The notes under the pieces were generated by a model that was not told the origin of the DNA, did no database searches, and worked only from the letters and a program-made list of their open reading frames with translations. This document shows positions 28,022 to 39,500 of a stretch of DNA of 64,000 nucleotides, one piece after another. Both the position numbers and the translations under genes were made by a program. Position 1 is the first letter of the stretch, and each line of letters opens with the position of its first letter. The stretch comes from the human T2T-CHM13v2.0 reference genome, Homo sapiens, in NCBI RefSeq assembly GCF_009914755.1, contig NC_060947.1; one strand, 5' to 3'.

Positions 28022-28489
28022 TTTCACTTGCGTCCGTGTGAAGAGACCACCAAACAGGCTTTGTATGAGCAACAAGGCTGTTTATTTCACCTGGGTGCAG
28101 GCGGGCTGAGTCCAAAAAGAGTCAGCAAAGGGAGATAGGGGTGGGGCCGTTTTATAAGATTTGGGTAGGTAAAGGAAAAAGGGGGGTTGTTCTCTGGTGG
28201 GCAGGGGTGGGGCCGTTTTATAAGATTTGGGTAGGTAAAGGAAAAAGGGGGGTTGTTCTCTGGTGGGCAGGGGTGGGGGTCACAAGGTGCTCAGTAGGAG
28301 AGCTTTTGAACTAAGATGAGCCAGGAGAAGGAATTTCATAAGATAATGTCATCGGTTAAGGCAGGAACAGGCCATTTTCACTTCTTTTGTGGTGGAATGT
28401 CATCAGTTAAGGCAGGAACCGGCCATCTGGATGTGTACGTGCAGGTCACAGGGGATATAATGGCTTAGCTTGGGCTCAGAGGCCTGACA
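28022..28489 (-). promoter_or_regulatory. LTR7 3' LTR, complete, with duplicated TATA/GC-box core
   Basis: rc TGTCAGGCCTCTGAGCCCAAGCTAAGCC...GGTCTCTTCACACGGACGCAAGTGAAA; TATAAAA at 28150-28156 and 28216-28222; AATAAA at 28081-28086. Confidence 0.95.
28137..28278. repeat. Perfect 66-bp tandem duplication within LTR7
   Basis: Units start at 28137 and 28203; a third partial AGGGGTGGGG at 28269-28278. Confidence 0.95.
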
Positions 28490-28509
28490 TTCCTGTCTTC
28501 TTATATTAA

Positions 28510-30168
28510 TAAGAAAAATAAAATGAAATAGCGGTAAAGTGTTGGGATGGCAAAAATTTTTTGGGGTGGTATGGAGAGATAATGGGTGATGTTTCTCAGG
28601 GCTGCTTTGAGTGGGATTAGGGGCAGCGTGGGAACTTAGAGTGGGAGAGATTAAGCTGAAGGAAGATTTTGTGGTAAGGGGTGATATTGTGGGGTTGTTA
28701 GAAGAAATATTTGTCTTGTAGAATTATTGGTGATGGCCTGGATATGGTTTTGTATGAATTGAAAAACCAAACGGAATAAGAGAAGGAGAAAAACAGGTAT
28801 TAAAGGACTAAGAATTGGGAGGACCTAGAACATCTAATTAGAGAGTGTCCAAGGGGGTTCAGCATAATTACTTGCTTGGTTGGCAAGTTTTTAGGCTCTC
28901 TCCTTGAGTTTTTTATGTTGTCATACACCAGGCCAGATTGATTTAGGTAAAAACAACGCTCTTCATTTAAGAATATACAGAGTCCTCCTTTTTCAGCAGT
29001 AAGTCAAGGCCTTGGCGATTTTGGAGGACAACTGCAGCTAAAGAGTCAACTTGGGACTGATAAAGTTTGTGATAGGTCTGTGATGCTAGCAGAGAAGTCA
29101 TTAGAGAGGCTACGGAAGGTTGTGACAGAGGTTGAAATGCCTGCTATTCCAGTACCGAGAGCACTAGTGGAGGCAGAAAGTCTTAAACCAACAAGCAAGA
29201 GAATTAGTGGAATAACTCTTTTTTGTTGTGTCGGTGTCATGAGGGGAACAGGGAGCTCTTCGGTCCTATTTGCAAATTGAATTTTGGAAGTAAGGAAAAC
29301 TAGTGTGCATGTGCCTGTCCAATTAGCAGGTAGATACATGTAGGTGGAGCATCCACAGAGGAAGAAGAGACCTTGCGCGAGGCAAAACTGGAGATGCAAA
29401 GTAAAAAGATGAGAAGGAGTGCTGAAAGGGGTGTCTTGTACCTAGACTCCTAGGGATGCAGCTAGGGCGGCAGCCGTCAGAGGTTGTAATGGGGACTGAT
29501 GAGGTAACTGCGTAGAGGGGAAGGTTTGATTTTCATGGTGTAGCCTTTCACTGTTATTTATGGGGCTGGATATAAGTAAACAAGAAGAGGGCTTTGGAGA
29601 TGAAGAGTAAAGGAACATCGAGAAGGTGAAAGGTTACCTAGGGGAATTCCAGTGGGTCTTTGCCGAGACGTACATAAAGGAGTGGCCACAGGAATAGTAG
29701 TTTGTGTTGTGAGAGGTCTAAATATGGGAGGAGTAGAGTTGATATAAGGAGAAAGTTTTTTTAAGTAAGTGCGGAGGAGGGTGGCAGCTTGCTGCTATGA
29801 AATGTCTGGGGAAGTCTTGCTGGACCTGTCTAGAAAGTAAATGAGTTCTTCAGGAGGGTAAAGATGAGGGCTGTTAAAGGAAGTTCGGAGGTGTAGGAGA
29901 CAGGAGATGTTTCCTAGTCTGCATGTAACACGGAGACAGCTGTGTAGGCGCTGGAAGAAAGGGAAATGCAAAGCCAGTGGTTGTTCGCTAAGGACGGATT
30001 AGAAACGGCTAGGAGAGAATGAGTAAGGTTGATATTGTGGTGGAGATAGCTGGGGAGAGGTAGAGGGTGGCATAAGAATGGGAATGAGAATAAGAGTGAG
30101 TATAAAAGTAAAGAATAGAACTTCATCAGGGTGAAAGTATTGGAGGGTTCCCTGCCAGCAAAGATCAT
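28510..30168 (-). pseudogene. env: HERV-H env remnant, near full span, disrupted
   Basis: MIFAGREPSNTFTLMKFYSLLLYSLLF signal region; HWLC (from CWLC); QQKR/VIPL cleavage site and fusion peptide; immunosuppressive domain LQNRQGLDL-frameshift-AEKGGLC. Confidence 0.9.
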
Positions 30169-30188
30169 CTATCCACTCTAAGAGGGAA

Positions 30189-31945
30189 TTAAGAGTTACC
30201 AGTCCTGGGTGGGGGGCAAATCCTCCAGCTTGATGTGTAGGGAAGGGAGGGGGCCTGAATAATCCCTGAGGAGTAGTAGAATAGCAGATGGAACACTGAG
30301 AAGTTATTTCTTTGAGGATAGATTTCCACGATGGAAAGGAAATGAGAGGTTCTAAGAGGCGGGCTAGTGGCTTGTACTATAGCATAGCCTGCCTTTGTTG
30401 GTGTGTGGCGATTAGGCCTGGTGGAACTACCATCAATAAACCAAGTGTGTTCAGGGTGAGGAACAGGAAAGGAGGAAATATGGGGAAATGGGGTGAATGT
30501 CAAGTGAATCAGAGAGATACAGTCATGGGGGTCAGGTGTGGTATCCGGAATACTGTGGGAGGACGGATTGAAGTCTGGGTCAGGAACAATGGTAATTGTG
30601 GGAGACTCAACAAAGAGTGAGTATAGCTGAAGGAGCCGGGGAGCAGAAAGTATATGCATCAGGTGGGAGAAAGAAAATAGATTTTGGAAGTTATGAGAAA
30701 TGTAGAGAGTGAGTTGAGCATAGTTTGTGATTTTGAGGGCCTCTAAAAGTATTAGAGCAGTGGCAGCCGCTGCATGCAGACATGAGGGCTAGGCTAAAAC
30801 AGTAAGGTCAAGTTGTTTGGACAGAAAGGCTACAGGGTGTGGTCCTGGCTCTTGTGTAAGAATTCTGACTGCACTAACCATGCCTAGGAAGGAAAGGAGT
30901 TGTTGTTTGGTAGAAGGGATTGGGGTTTGGGAGATTAGCCAGACACGATCACCAGGGAGAGCACGTGTGTTTTTATGAGAATTATGCCGAGATAGGTAAC
31001 AGATGAGGAAGAAATTTGGGCTTGATTGAAGTAATGGGGGCTGTCTGTGAAGCTTTGCGGCCGTACAGCCCAGGTAATTTGCTGAGCCTGATGGGTGTCA
31101 GGGTCAGTCCAAGTGAAAGCGAAGAGAGGCTGGGATGAAGGGTGCAAAGGAATAGTAAAGAAAGCATGTTTGAGATCCAGAACAGAATAATGGGTTGTAG
31201 AGGGGGTATTGAGGATAGGGGAGTATATGGATTTGGCACCATGGGGTGGAGAGGCAAAACAATTTGGTTGATAAGGCGCAGATCCTGAACTAACCTGTAA
31301 GGCTTGTCTGGTTTTAGGACAGGTAAAATGGGGGAATTATAAGGAGAGTTTATAGGCTTTAAAAGGCCATGCTGTAGCAGGCGAGTGATAACAGGCTTTA
31401 ATCCTTTTAAAGCATGCTGTGGGATGGGGTATTGGCGTTGAGCGGGGTAAGGGTGATTAGGTTTCAATGAGATGGTAAGGGGCGCATAATCGGTCACCAA
31501 GGAGGGAGTAGAGGTATCTTATACTTGTGGGCTAAGGTGGGGAGATACAAGGGGAGGATGTGAATGAGGCTTTGAAATGGGGGAAAAGGCGGCAGTGAGG
31601 TGTGGCTGTAGCTCAGGAATAGTCAGGGAAGCAGATAATTTAGTTAAAATATCTCGGCCTAACAAGGGAACTGGGCAGGTGGGGATAACTAAAAGGAGTG
31701 CTTAAAAAAGAGTATTGTCTAAGTTGGCACCAGAGTTGGGGAGTTTTAAGAGGTTTAGAAGCCTGGCCGTCAATACTCACAACAGTTATGGAGACGAGGG
31801 AAACAGGCCCTTAAAAAGAAGGTAATGTGGAGTGGGTAGCCTCCGTATTGATTGAGAAGGGGACAGATTTACCCTCCACTGTGAGAGTTACCTGAAGATC
31901 GGCATCCGTGATAGTCTAGGGGGCTTCCGAGGCGATCGGGCAGCA
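30189..31945 (-). pseudogene. pol: HERV-H pro-pol remnant with internal deletions
   Basis: RT N-terminus QRQYPI...SPYNSPILPVLKPDKPYRLVQDLRLIN; FAFTWTDPD; RNase H WFIDGSS; protease active site degenerate (INTEATH); only ~1.75 kb, integrase essentially absent. Confidence 0.9.
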
Positions 31946-32313
31946 TCAGTCTTCAGTCGCTAAGCCAAGAAGATCTGGGAAGGAGTCAGACAGAGAGCCT
32001 TGGGCCGGAATTCCAGGGGCTCTGGGAGTGACTGCCAGGTGAGTTGAACAGTCCGATTTTCAGTGGGGTCCTGCACAGATGGGACACAGCTTAGGAGGAA
32101 TCCTGGGCTGCGGTCATTCCTTGGCCCAGTGGCCAGATTTCTGGCACTTGTAGCAAGCTCCTGGGGGAGGAGGTTCTGGAGGAACCCCTGGCAGCTGCGG
32201 TTCAGGCGTTTGGAGTTCTTGTGTGCTGGAGATATGGCTGGGGTTTGTCTCACAGTAGAGGCAAGGAATTGCAACTCAGAAATACATTGCTACTTGGCTG
32301 CCTCTACTTTATT
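31946..32313 (-). pseudogene. gag: HERV-H gag 3' remnant (NC zinc knuckles)
   Basis: CYKCQKSGHWAKE* and CPICAGPH*KSDC knuckles, both with stops; ends LATED*. Confidence 0.85.
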
Positions 32314-32449
32314 AGTTAAGGCAGGAACAGGCCATTTTCACTTCTTTTGTGGTGGAATGTCATCAGTTAAGGCAGGAACCGGCCATCTGGATGTGTACGT
32401 GCAGGTCACAGGGGATGTGATGGCTTAGCTTGGGCTCAGAGGCCTGATA
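32314..32449 (-). promoter_or_regulatory. LTR7 5' LTR remnant (first ~135 nt of U3 only)
   Basis: 32315-32449 matches 28355-28489 with 3 differences; no TATA, R, U5 or PBS follows. Confidence 0.93.
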
Positions 32450-34373
32450 CTAAACTCTTTCTGCATTTCCAGCATATCTTTGGCAGCATGGGGGGACTTC
32501 AGGTGGTAATTTCTCTCAAAGAGATTAAAGTATCATTACAGGGAGAGAAAAATGTTAAAATATGCCATATGCGTATCAACCTAAGAGGAGATGTTAATGA
32601 TATTAGCTATGAAAGTTCAGTGGACAACTAGATCAAGGAGAGCTGGAACAGTTGAGAAAGGCTGCTTGGAGGTGGTAATAATGTTAAGATGGAGTGAGGT
32701 ATATGGAGTGAGCATTAATTCCTCTCTCTGTCCCATCCTTTACTCCCCTTTTCAGTGTTTTCACCTTTCTTCCTCCCTCTTTCTTTTACTCTTCATTCTC
32801 TATTCTCTCCTACTGCTTGTTATTCACTCCTGCAATAATTTAGACATTTATCTTAACTCACATAGGTAAAGGTGAAGATGCATAATCACAAGAATACAAT
32901 TCAAAGCATTGTTTCTCGAGAACAAAAGCATTATTGTAAGTTTATTGTGAATGGTGTGTCTGTGGCTGACCTCCAAGTCTTGCAACATAAAGAAAAACAA
33001 TTCTTTGCCATTGTCCCAAAGTAGGGCCAGTTTAGTATTCATTATGGAAACAGATTGCTCAAAATCGGCTTTCATCTGCTTTTGCAAATTACCAAAACGT
33101 CAACTGAGTAATTCTTACTTCTGCCTTTTTACTAAATTATATGTTCTCTTTATTCTAGCCAGGTAGGCCACAGACACTAAGGCATTGGACTTAATTCTAT
33201 TCTTCCAGCTTCTGAGAATAACATTGATTTTGTGAAACACCCCAATGGGTAAAAATGATATTAAGTAACATTTTTGCTTGATATGGTCTTTAGCTACTTT
33301 TTCCACCCCTAATTTGATAGAATGTAGCTATTATATTAAACAGCTGGTTTTCCTAGTGCTAAAAATTAAAATGATAAAGCTTTGGGAAATTTTGTTATGT
33401 GAGGGAAGGAATAAAGTAGGTGGCAAACGTTCCAGGAATATTCATCCAGAATAAAATGTATACAGCCAGATTTATGGAAATTCAGAAGTCGGTAGATAAA
33501 GATTCCTGCTGTGATTAGAATTTCTTTTTTACATTGTGTCTGAATGACAATGACAGTGATATTCTTCTCCAAAGCACTTCACAATACATCCTTTATCTGT
33601 ACCAAAGTTATAAAGAGTTTTATAAAGGCTTAAAAGTGTTTCTGAAGTGGAAAGTGGAAAAGTCCCTTCTTATATCCTAAAATCTGAAATAAAAACTCAC
33701 AGGGGTTTTTGTCTAAGTTATACGAAACTGAATTTACATGAATAGAAAGTAAGCAATGTTTTTCCCAAACCTCACTGATTCTGATATAGTTAGAAATCTT
33801 GAGTTCGTGTATCAGATAAGTACCCAGAAAACACCCTAATGTTCTTTGAATCAAAAAATAAATAGGCTACTCAGCCTTTTTCCTAACTTTGACATTTCTA
33901 GGAAAGTATTTACTCCTGTGCAGGAAGATAAAGGCAGCAACGTGCAGCACCTGCTTTCCTTGCTCTATCTCTCAGCTTTTCTCAATGCCTTTAAAGACCC
34001 ATCTGAAAATGTTTCTCAGAGTATGTCCTGAAAAATTTTAGAGGGTTTAGCTGAAATAATCATTCTGCACAACATGTGTGGGGCTTTATGGAACATTAGA
34101 TGTTAAATGAATTTCATTCTTAACTGTGTGAACTTTTCTCTTGAGCCCTTTTATCTTTGGGTTCCAAGGCACTGCAGAAACTGCTTAGAGGAAAAATATA
34201 CACCCATGCTACCACTAATCATATGTAACAATGTTGCTTGATCACGAATCTGCCTCTTGGAGCAATCAACTCATAATTATGTATGCATAGTTATTGTTCA
34301 TCAGGAATTCTTATTGGGTGAATGAACAGTAAGATTCATACAGGGCTGTTTCTGGGGAATAATGTAATTCGAC

Positions 34374-34800
34374 CATTCATTCAGTTGTTCATTCAGCACC
34401 TCCCATGTGCTAAGCACTGTGCTAGGCATTAGGGATACAGCAATAAACAAGACATTTACAGTGTCTGACCTCATAGAGCTTGTAATTTATTGGTAGATAC
34501 AATAAACAAACACATTTCAATAATATGAGCAGAATGCTAGAGGAATGACAGGATGCTAGGGGAGCACACAGCCAGAGGGCTTAGCCCAATGCAGAGTACA
34601 TTAATGTATTCTTGAGAAAGGGATGCTTAAGGTGACACCTAAAGGATAAAAAGAAGCTAGCTAGATGAAGAAGGGTCAGAGAGAGCATTTCAGGTAGTAT
34701 GAAGAATGTGTGTAGAGATCTCTACTCCAGAGGGAATATGATATGTTTTAGGAATTAAAAGGTGTCAGATTTGGCTTTAGTGTAGATTGTGATGTAAAAA
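34374..34800 (-). mobile_element. L2 3' end (resumes at 36571-36640)
   Basis: CATTCATTCAG...CAGCACCTCCCATGTGCTAAGCACTGTGCTAGGCATTAGGGATACAGCAATAAACAAGAC. Confidence 0.8.
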
Positions 34801-34811
34801 AATGGCAAGAG

Positions 34812-35615
34812 AATGTCTATTATCAAAAAGACAAACAATAACACATGTTAGCAAGGGTGGAGAAAAGGGAACTCTTGTATACTGTTAGTGGCAATGTAGC
34901 TTGGTACAGCCACTATAGAAAACAGTATAGAGGTTCTTTAGAAAATGAAATAATAAAACAATCATCAGACCCAGCAATCCCTTTTCTGGGTATATAACCA
35001 AAATAAATTAAATTAGTACCTTGTAGAGATATCTGCATTCTCATATTATATTGCAGCATTATTTGCTATAGTTAAGATATGGAAACTACATAAATGTACT
35101 TCAATGGATAAGTAGGTAAAGAAATTATGTTTTATATATATATATATATATGAATATTATTCAGCCTTAAAAAAGGAGATTCTGCCATTTGTAACACCAT
35201 AGATGAACCTGGAGGATATTATGGTAAGGGAAATAAGCCAGACACAGAAAGACAAATACTGCATAATCTCACTTATATGTGGATTAAAAAAATTGTATAC
35301 ATTAAAACAGAGAGTAAAACAGTAGTTACCGGGAGCTAGGGGTGATGGGGAGATGTAGGACAAAAAATACAAAGTTGCAGTTATTTAGAATGAATAAGTC
35401 TAGAGATCTAATGTACAACATGAGAAATGCAGTTAATAATACTGTATTTTATACTGGAAATTTGCTTTGACAGTAGGTTTTAGGTGCTCTTACTACATAA
35501 AGAAAGGTAACTATGTGAGATAGTGGTCACATTAATTGACTTTTCTCCTTTTCACTGTGTATATATATATATCAAAATACCACATTGTACACCTTAAATA
35601 TATACAATTAAAAAA
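34812..35615 (+). mobile_element. L1MA 3' end (MA8/9-like), 5'-truncated
   Basis: ORF2 C-terminus and 3'UTR (CACAGAAAGACAAATACTGCATAATCTCACTTATATGTGGA), A tail, flanking AATGGCAAGAG repeats. Confidence 0.85.
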
Positions 35616-35628
35616 GAATGGCAAGAGG

Positions 35629-36557
35629 AAACAATAATGAGATACCACTACACACCTATGAGAATCTCCAAATCCAGAACATTGACAACATCTAATGGTG
35701 GCAAAGATGTAGAAAAACAGGAGCTTTCATTCATTGCTGGTGGAAATGCAAAATGGTACAGCCACTTTGAAAGATAGTTTGTTAAATCCTTACCAAACGA
35801 AATATGCTCTCATCCCACCATTCATCATTCATCCTCCTTGGTATTTACTCAAAAGAGTTGAAAACTCATATCCACCCAAAAACATGCACACAGATTTTTA
35901 TATGGCTTTATCCACAATTGCCCAAAGTTAGAAGCAACCGTAATATCCCTCAGTAGGTGAATACATAAATTTACTGTGGTACATCCAGACAATGGAATGT
36001 TATTCATTGCTAAAAGGAAATGAACTATCAAGCCATGAAAAGTCATGGAGGAAACATAAATGTATATTACTAAGTGAAAAAATATCCAATTTGAAAAGGC
36101 TATATACCTTTGCCTTTTCCAGAATGTCAAATAGTTGATATAATTCCATTATGCCATTATATGACATTATGGAAAAGGCAAAGCTATGGAGACAGTTAAA
36201 AAAAAAATCATTTGTTGCCAGGGTAAGAGGGGTTGGAGGAGATGAATAGGCAGGGCATGGAGGACTTTTAGGGCAGTGAAAAATACTCTGTGGTACTATA
36301 ATAGAAATACATGCCATAATAAATTTCTCCAAACTCATAGAAAGTACATCAAAAGTGAACCTTAATGTAAACTACTGATTTGGGTGATAGTGTGTCAATG
36401 TAGATTCATCAATTGTAACAAATGCACTACTCTGTTGGGGGATGTTAATGGGGGATGATATGCATATGCTGGGGCAAAGGGCCTGCTGGATATCTCTGTT
36501 TTCTTCTCAATTTTGCTGTTAGTCTAAAATTGCTCTAAAAATAAAGTCTTTAAAAAA
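35629..36557 (+). mobile_element. L1MC1-like 3' end, 5'-truncated
   Basis: GAGATACCACTACACACCTATGAGAAT...AAATCCAGAACATTGACAACA...; ends TGCTCTAAAAATAAAGTCTTTAAAAAA. Confidence 0.85.
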
Positions 36558-39500
36558 GAGTGGCAAGAGGTAACTAGGGGCTAGATTATGCAGGAAATTG
36601 CCAACCGTGTTGGGAAGTTTTGTCTTCTTCCTACTGCTAGTTGATTTTGTTGTTGTCATCTTTCAGGCAAGAGCATGTATGCTTAATAACTTTTTTAAAC
36701 TTTTATTTTAGGTTTCGGTGTACATGTGAAGGTTTGTTGCATAGGTAAACTCATGTTATGGGGATTTGTTGTACAGATTATTTCATCACCCAGGAATTAA
36801 GCCCAGTATCCAATAGTTATCTTTTCTGCTCCTCTCCCTCCTCCCACTCTCCCCTCTCAAACAGGCCACAGTGTCTGTTGTTTCCTGCTTTGTGTTCATG
36901 AGTTCTCATTATTTAGCTCCCAGTTATGAATAAGAACATGTGGTTGTGGTTTTCTGTTCCTGCATTAGCTTGTTAAGGATATTAGCTTCCAGCTCCATCC
37001 ATGTTCCTGCAAAAGCCATGATATTGTTCTTTTTTATGGCTGCATAGTATTCCATGGTGTATATGTACCACATTTTCTTTATCTAATCTGTCATTGATGG
37101 GCATTTAAGTTGATTGCATGTCTTTGCTATTTAGTATAGTGTTGCAATGAATATTCACGTACATGTGTCTTTAAGGCAGAACGATTTATATTCCTCTGGA
37201 TATACCCAGTAATAAAATTGCTGAGTCAAATGATAGTTCTGCTTTTAGCTCTTTGAGGAATCACCATACTGCTTTCCACAATGATTGAACTAATTTACAC
37301 CCTCACCAACAGTGTATAAGTGTTTCCTTTTCTCTGCAACCTCACCAGCATCTGTTATTTTTTGACTTTTTTAATAGCCATTCTAACTGGTGTGAGATGG
37401 TATCTCGTGGTTTTGAGTTGCATTTCTCTAATGATCAGTGATATTGAGCTTTTTTTTCATATGCTTATTGGTGGCATGTATGTTTTCTTTTGAAAAGTGT
37501 CCGTTGATGTCCTTTGCCCACTTATTAATAGGGTTGTTTATTTCTTGTAAATTTAAGTTCTTTATAGATGTTGGATATTAGACCTTTAAAAAGATGCACA
37601 GTTTGCCAATATTTTCTCCCATTCTGTAGATGGTTTGTTTACACTATTGATAGTTACTTTTACTTTGCAGAATCTCTTCAGTTTCATTAGATCCCACTTG
37701 TCAATTTTTGCTTTTGTCGTGATTGCTTGTGGTGTCTTTGTCATGAAATTTTTGCCTATTCCTGTGTCCAGGATGGTATTGCCTAGGTTGTCTTTAAGGG
37801 TTTTTATGGTTTTGGGTTTTACATTTTAGTCTTTAATACATATTGGGATGATTTTTGTGTATGTTGTTAGGCAGGGATTCAGCTTCAATCTTCTGTATAT
37901 GGCTAGCCAGTTGTCCCAGCACTGCTTATTGAATAGGGAGTCTTTTCTCCATTACTTGTTTTTGTCAGCTTTGTCAAAGATCAGATGGTCGTATGTGTGC
38001 AGCCTTATATCTGAGGTCTCTATTCTGATCCATTGGTCTATGCACCTGTTTTTGTACCAGTACTTTTGCTTACTGTAGCCCTTTAGTATAGTTTGAAGTT
38101 GGGTAATGTGATGCTTCCAGCTTTTTTCTTTTTGCTTAGGATTGCCTTGGCTATTCAGTCTGGTTTTTGGTTTTAGATGAATTTTAAAATAGTTTTTTTT
38201 CTAGTTCTTTGGAGAATGTTATTGGTATTTTGATAACAATAGCATTAAATCTGTAAATTGCTTTGGGAAATATGGCCATTTTAATGATATTTATTCTTCC
38301 TGTCCATGAGCATGGGATGTTTTTCCATTTGTTTGTGTCTTCTTTGATTTCTTTGATAAATATTTTGTAGTTCTCATTGTAGAGACCTTTCACCCTCTTG
38401 GCTAGCTGTATTCCTAGGTATTTTATTCTGTTCATGGCAATTGTGAACAGGCTTGTCTTTCTGATTTGGTTCTCAGCTTGGCTGTTGTTAGTGTATAGGA
38501 ATGCTGGTGATTTTTGTACATTGGTTTTGTATCCTGAAACTTTGCAAAAGTCGTTTTTCAGCTGAAGGATCATTTGGGCTAGGACTATGGGGTTTTCTAG
38601 CTATTGAATCATGTCATATCCAAACAGATAGTTTGACTTCCTCTCTTCCTATTTGAATGCGTTTATTTCTTTCTTTTACCTGATTGCTCTGGCTAGGACT
38701 TCCAATAGGAAGTTGAATAGGAATGGTGAGATAAGGCATTCTTGTCTTTTGCTGGTTTTCAAGGGAAATGCTTTCAACTTTTTCCCATTCAGTATAATGT
38801 TGGCTGTGGGATTGTCATAAATGGCTCTTATTATTTTGAGGTATGTTCCTTCAACCTCATACTTCAACCACCAGATACTTCTTGAAGGTTTTATTCATTC
38901 CTTTTTATTTATTTTCTTTATTTTTGCCTCACTTTCTTATTTCAGAGAGCTAATCTTCAAGTTCTGAGATTCTTTCCCCTGTTTGGTTTATTCTGCTGTT
39001 ACTACTTGTGGTTGCATTGTGAAATTTTTGTATTATGTTATTCAGCTCTGTCAGATCTGTTAGGTTCTTTTCTATACTGGCTATTTTATCCTTCAGCCAC
39101 TCGTATCACTTTATTGTGATTCTTAATTTCCATGGATTGGGCTTTGCCTTTCTCCTGAATCCCAATGAGCTTCTTTCCTATTCGTATCCTTAATTCTATT
39201 TCTGTCATTTCAGCCAGTTTAGCCTGGAATATTTCAGCCAGCTCAGCCTAAGAATATAAATCTTAATCTCTAATGACCTCTCAGCTGAAACCCTACAAGC
39301 CAGAAGAGATTGAAAGCCTATATTCAACATTTTAAAGAAAAAAATCTTCAACCAAGAATTTCCTATCCTGCCAAACTAAGGTTCCTAAACTAAGGAGAAA
39401 TAAGATCCTTTTCAGATAAGCAAATGTTGAGAGTTCACTACCACCAGACCTGCCTTACAAAAGTTCTTAAGTATGGGATTACATAAAGAGGCCAAATCTA

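Larger units (their letters stand above)
28022..32449 (-). mobile_element. HERV-H provirus with LTR7, internally deleted
   Basis: LTR7 sequence at both ends, gag/pro/pol/env remnants, polypurine tract next to the 3' LTR (~28490-28507), 5-bp TSD CTAAA at 28017-28021 and 32450-32454. Confidence 0.97.

Noticed and set aside
32848-33572. Short ORFs and splice-like sites in the unique island right of HERV-H (e.g. MKADFEQSVSIMNTKLALLWDNGKE)
   Set aside because: No recognisable protein similarity, weak acceptors, and stops in the candidate exon frames
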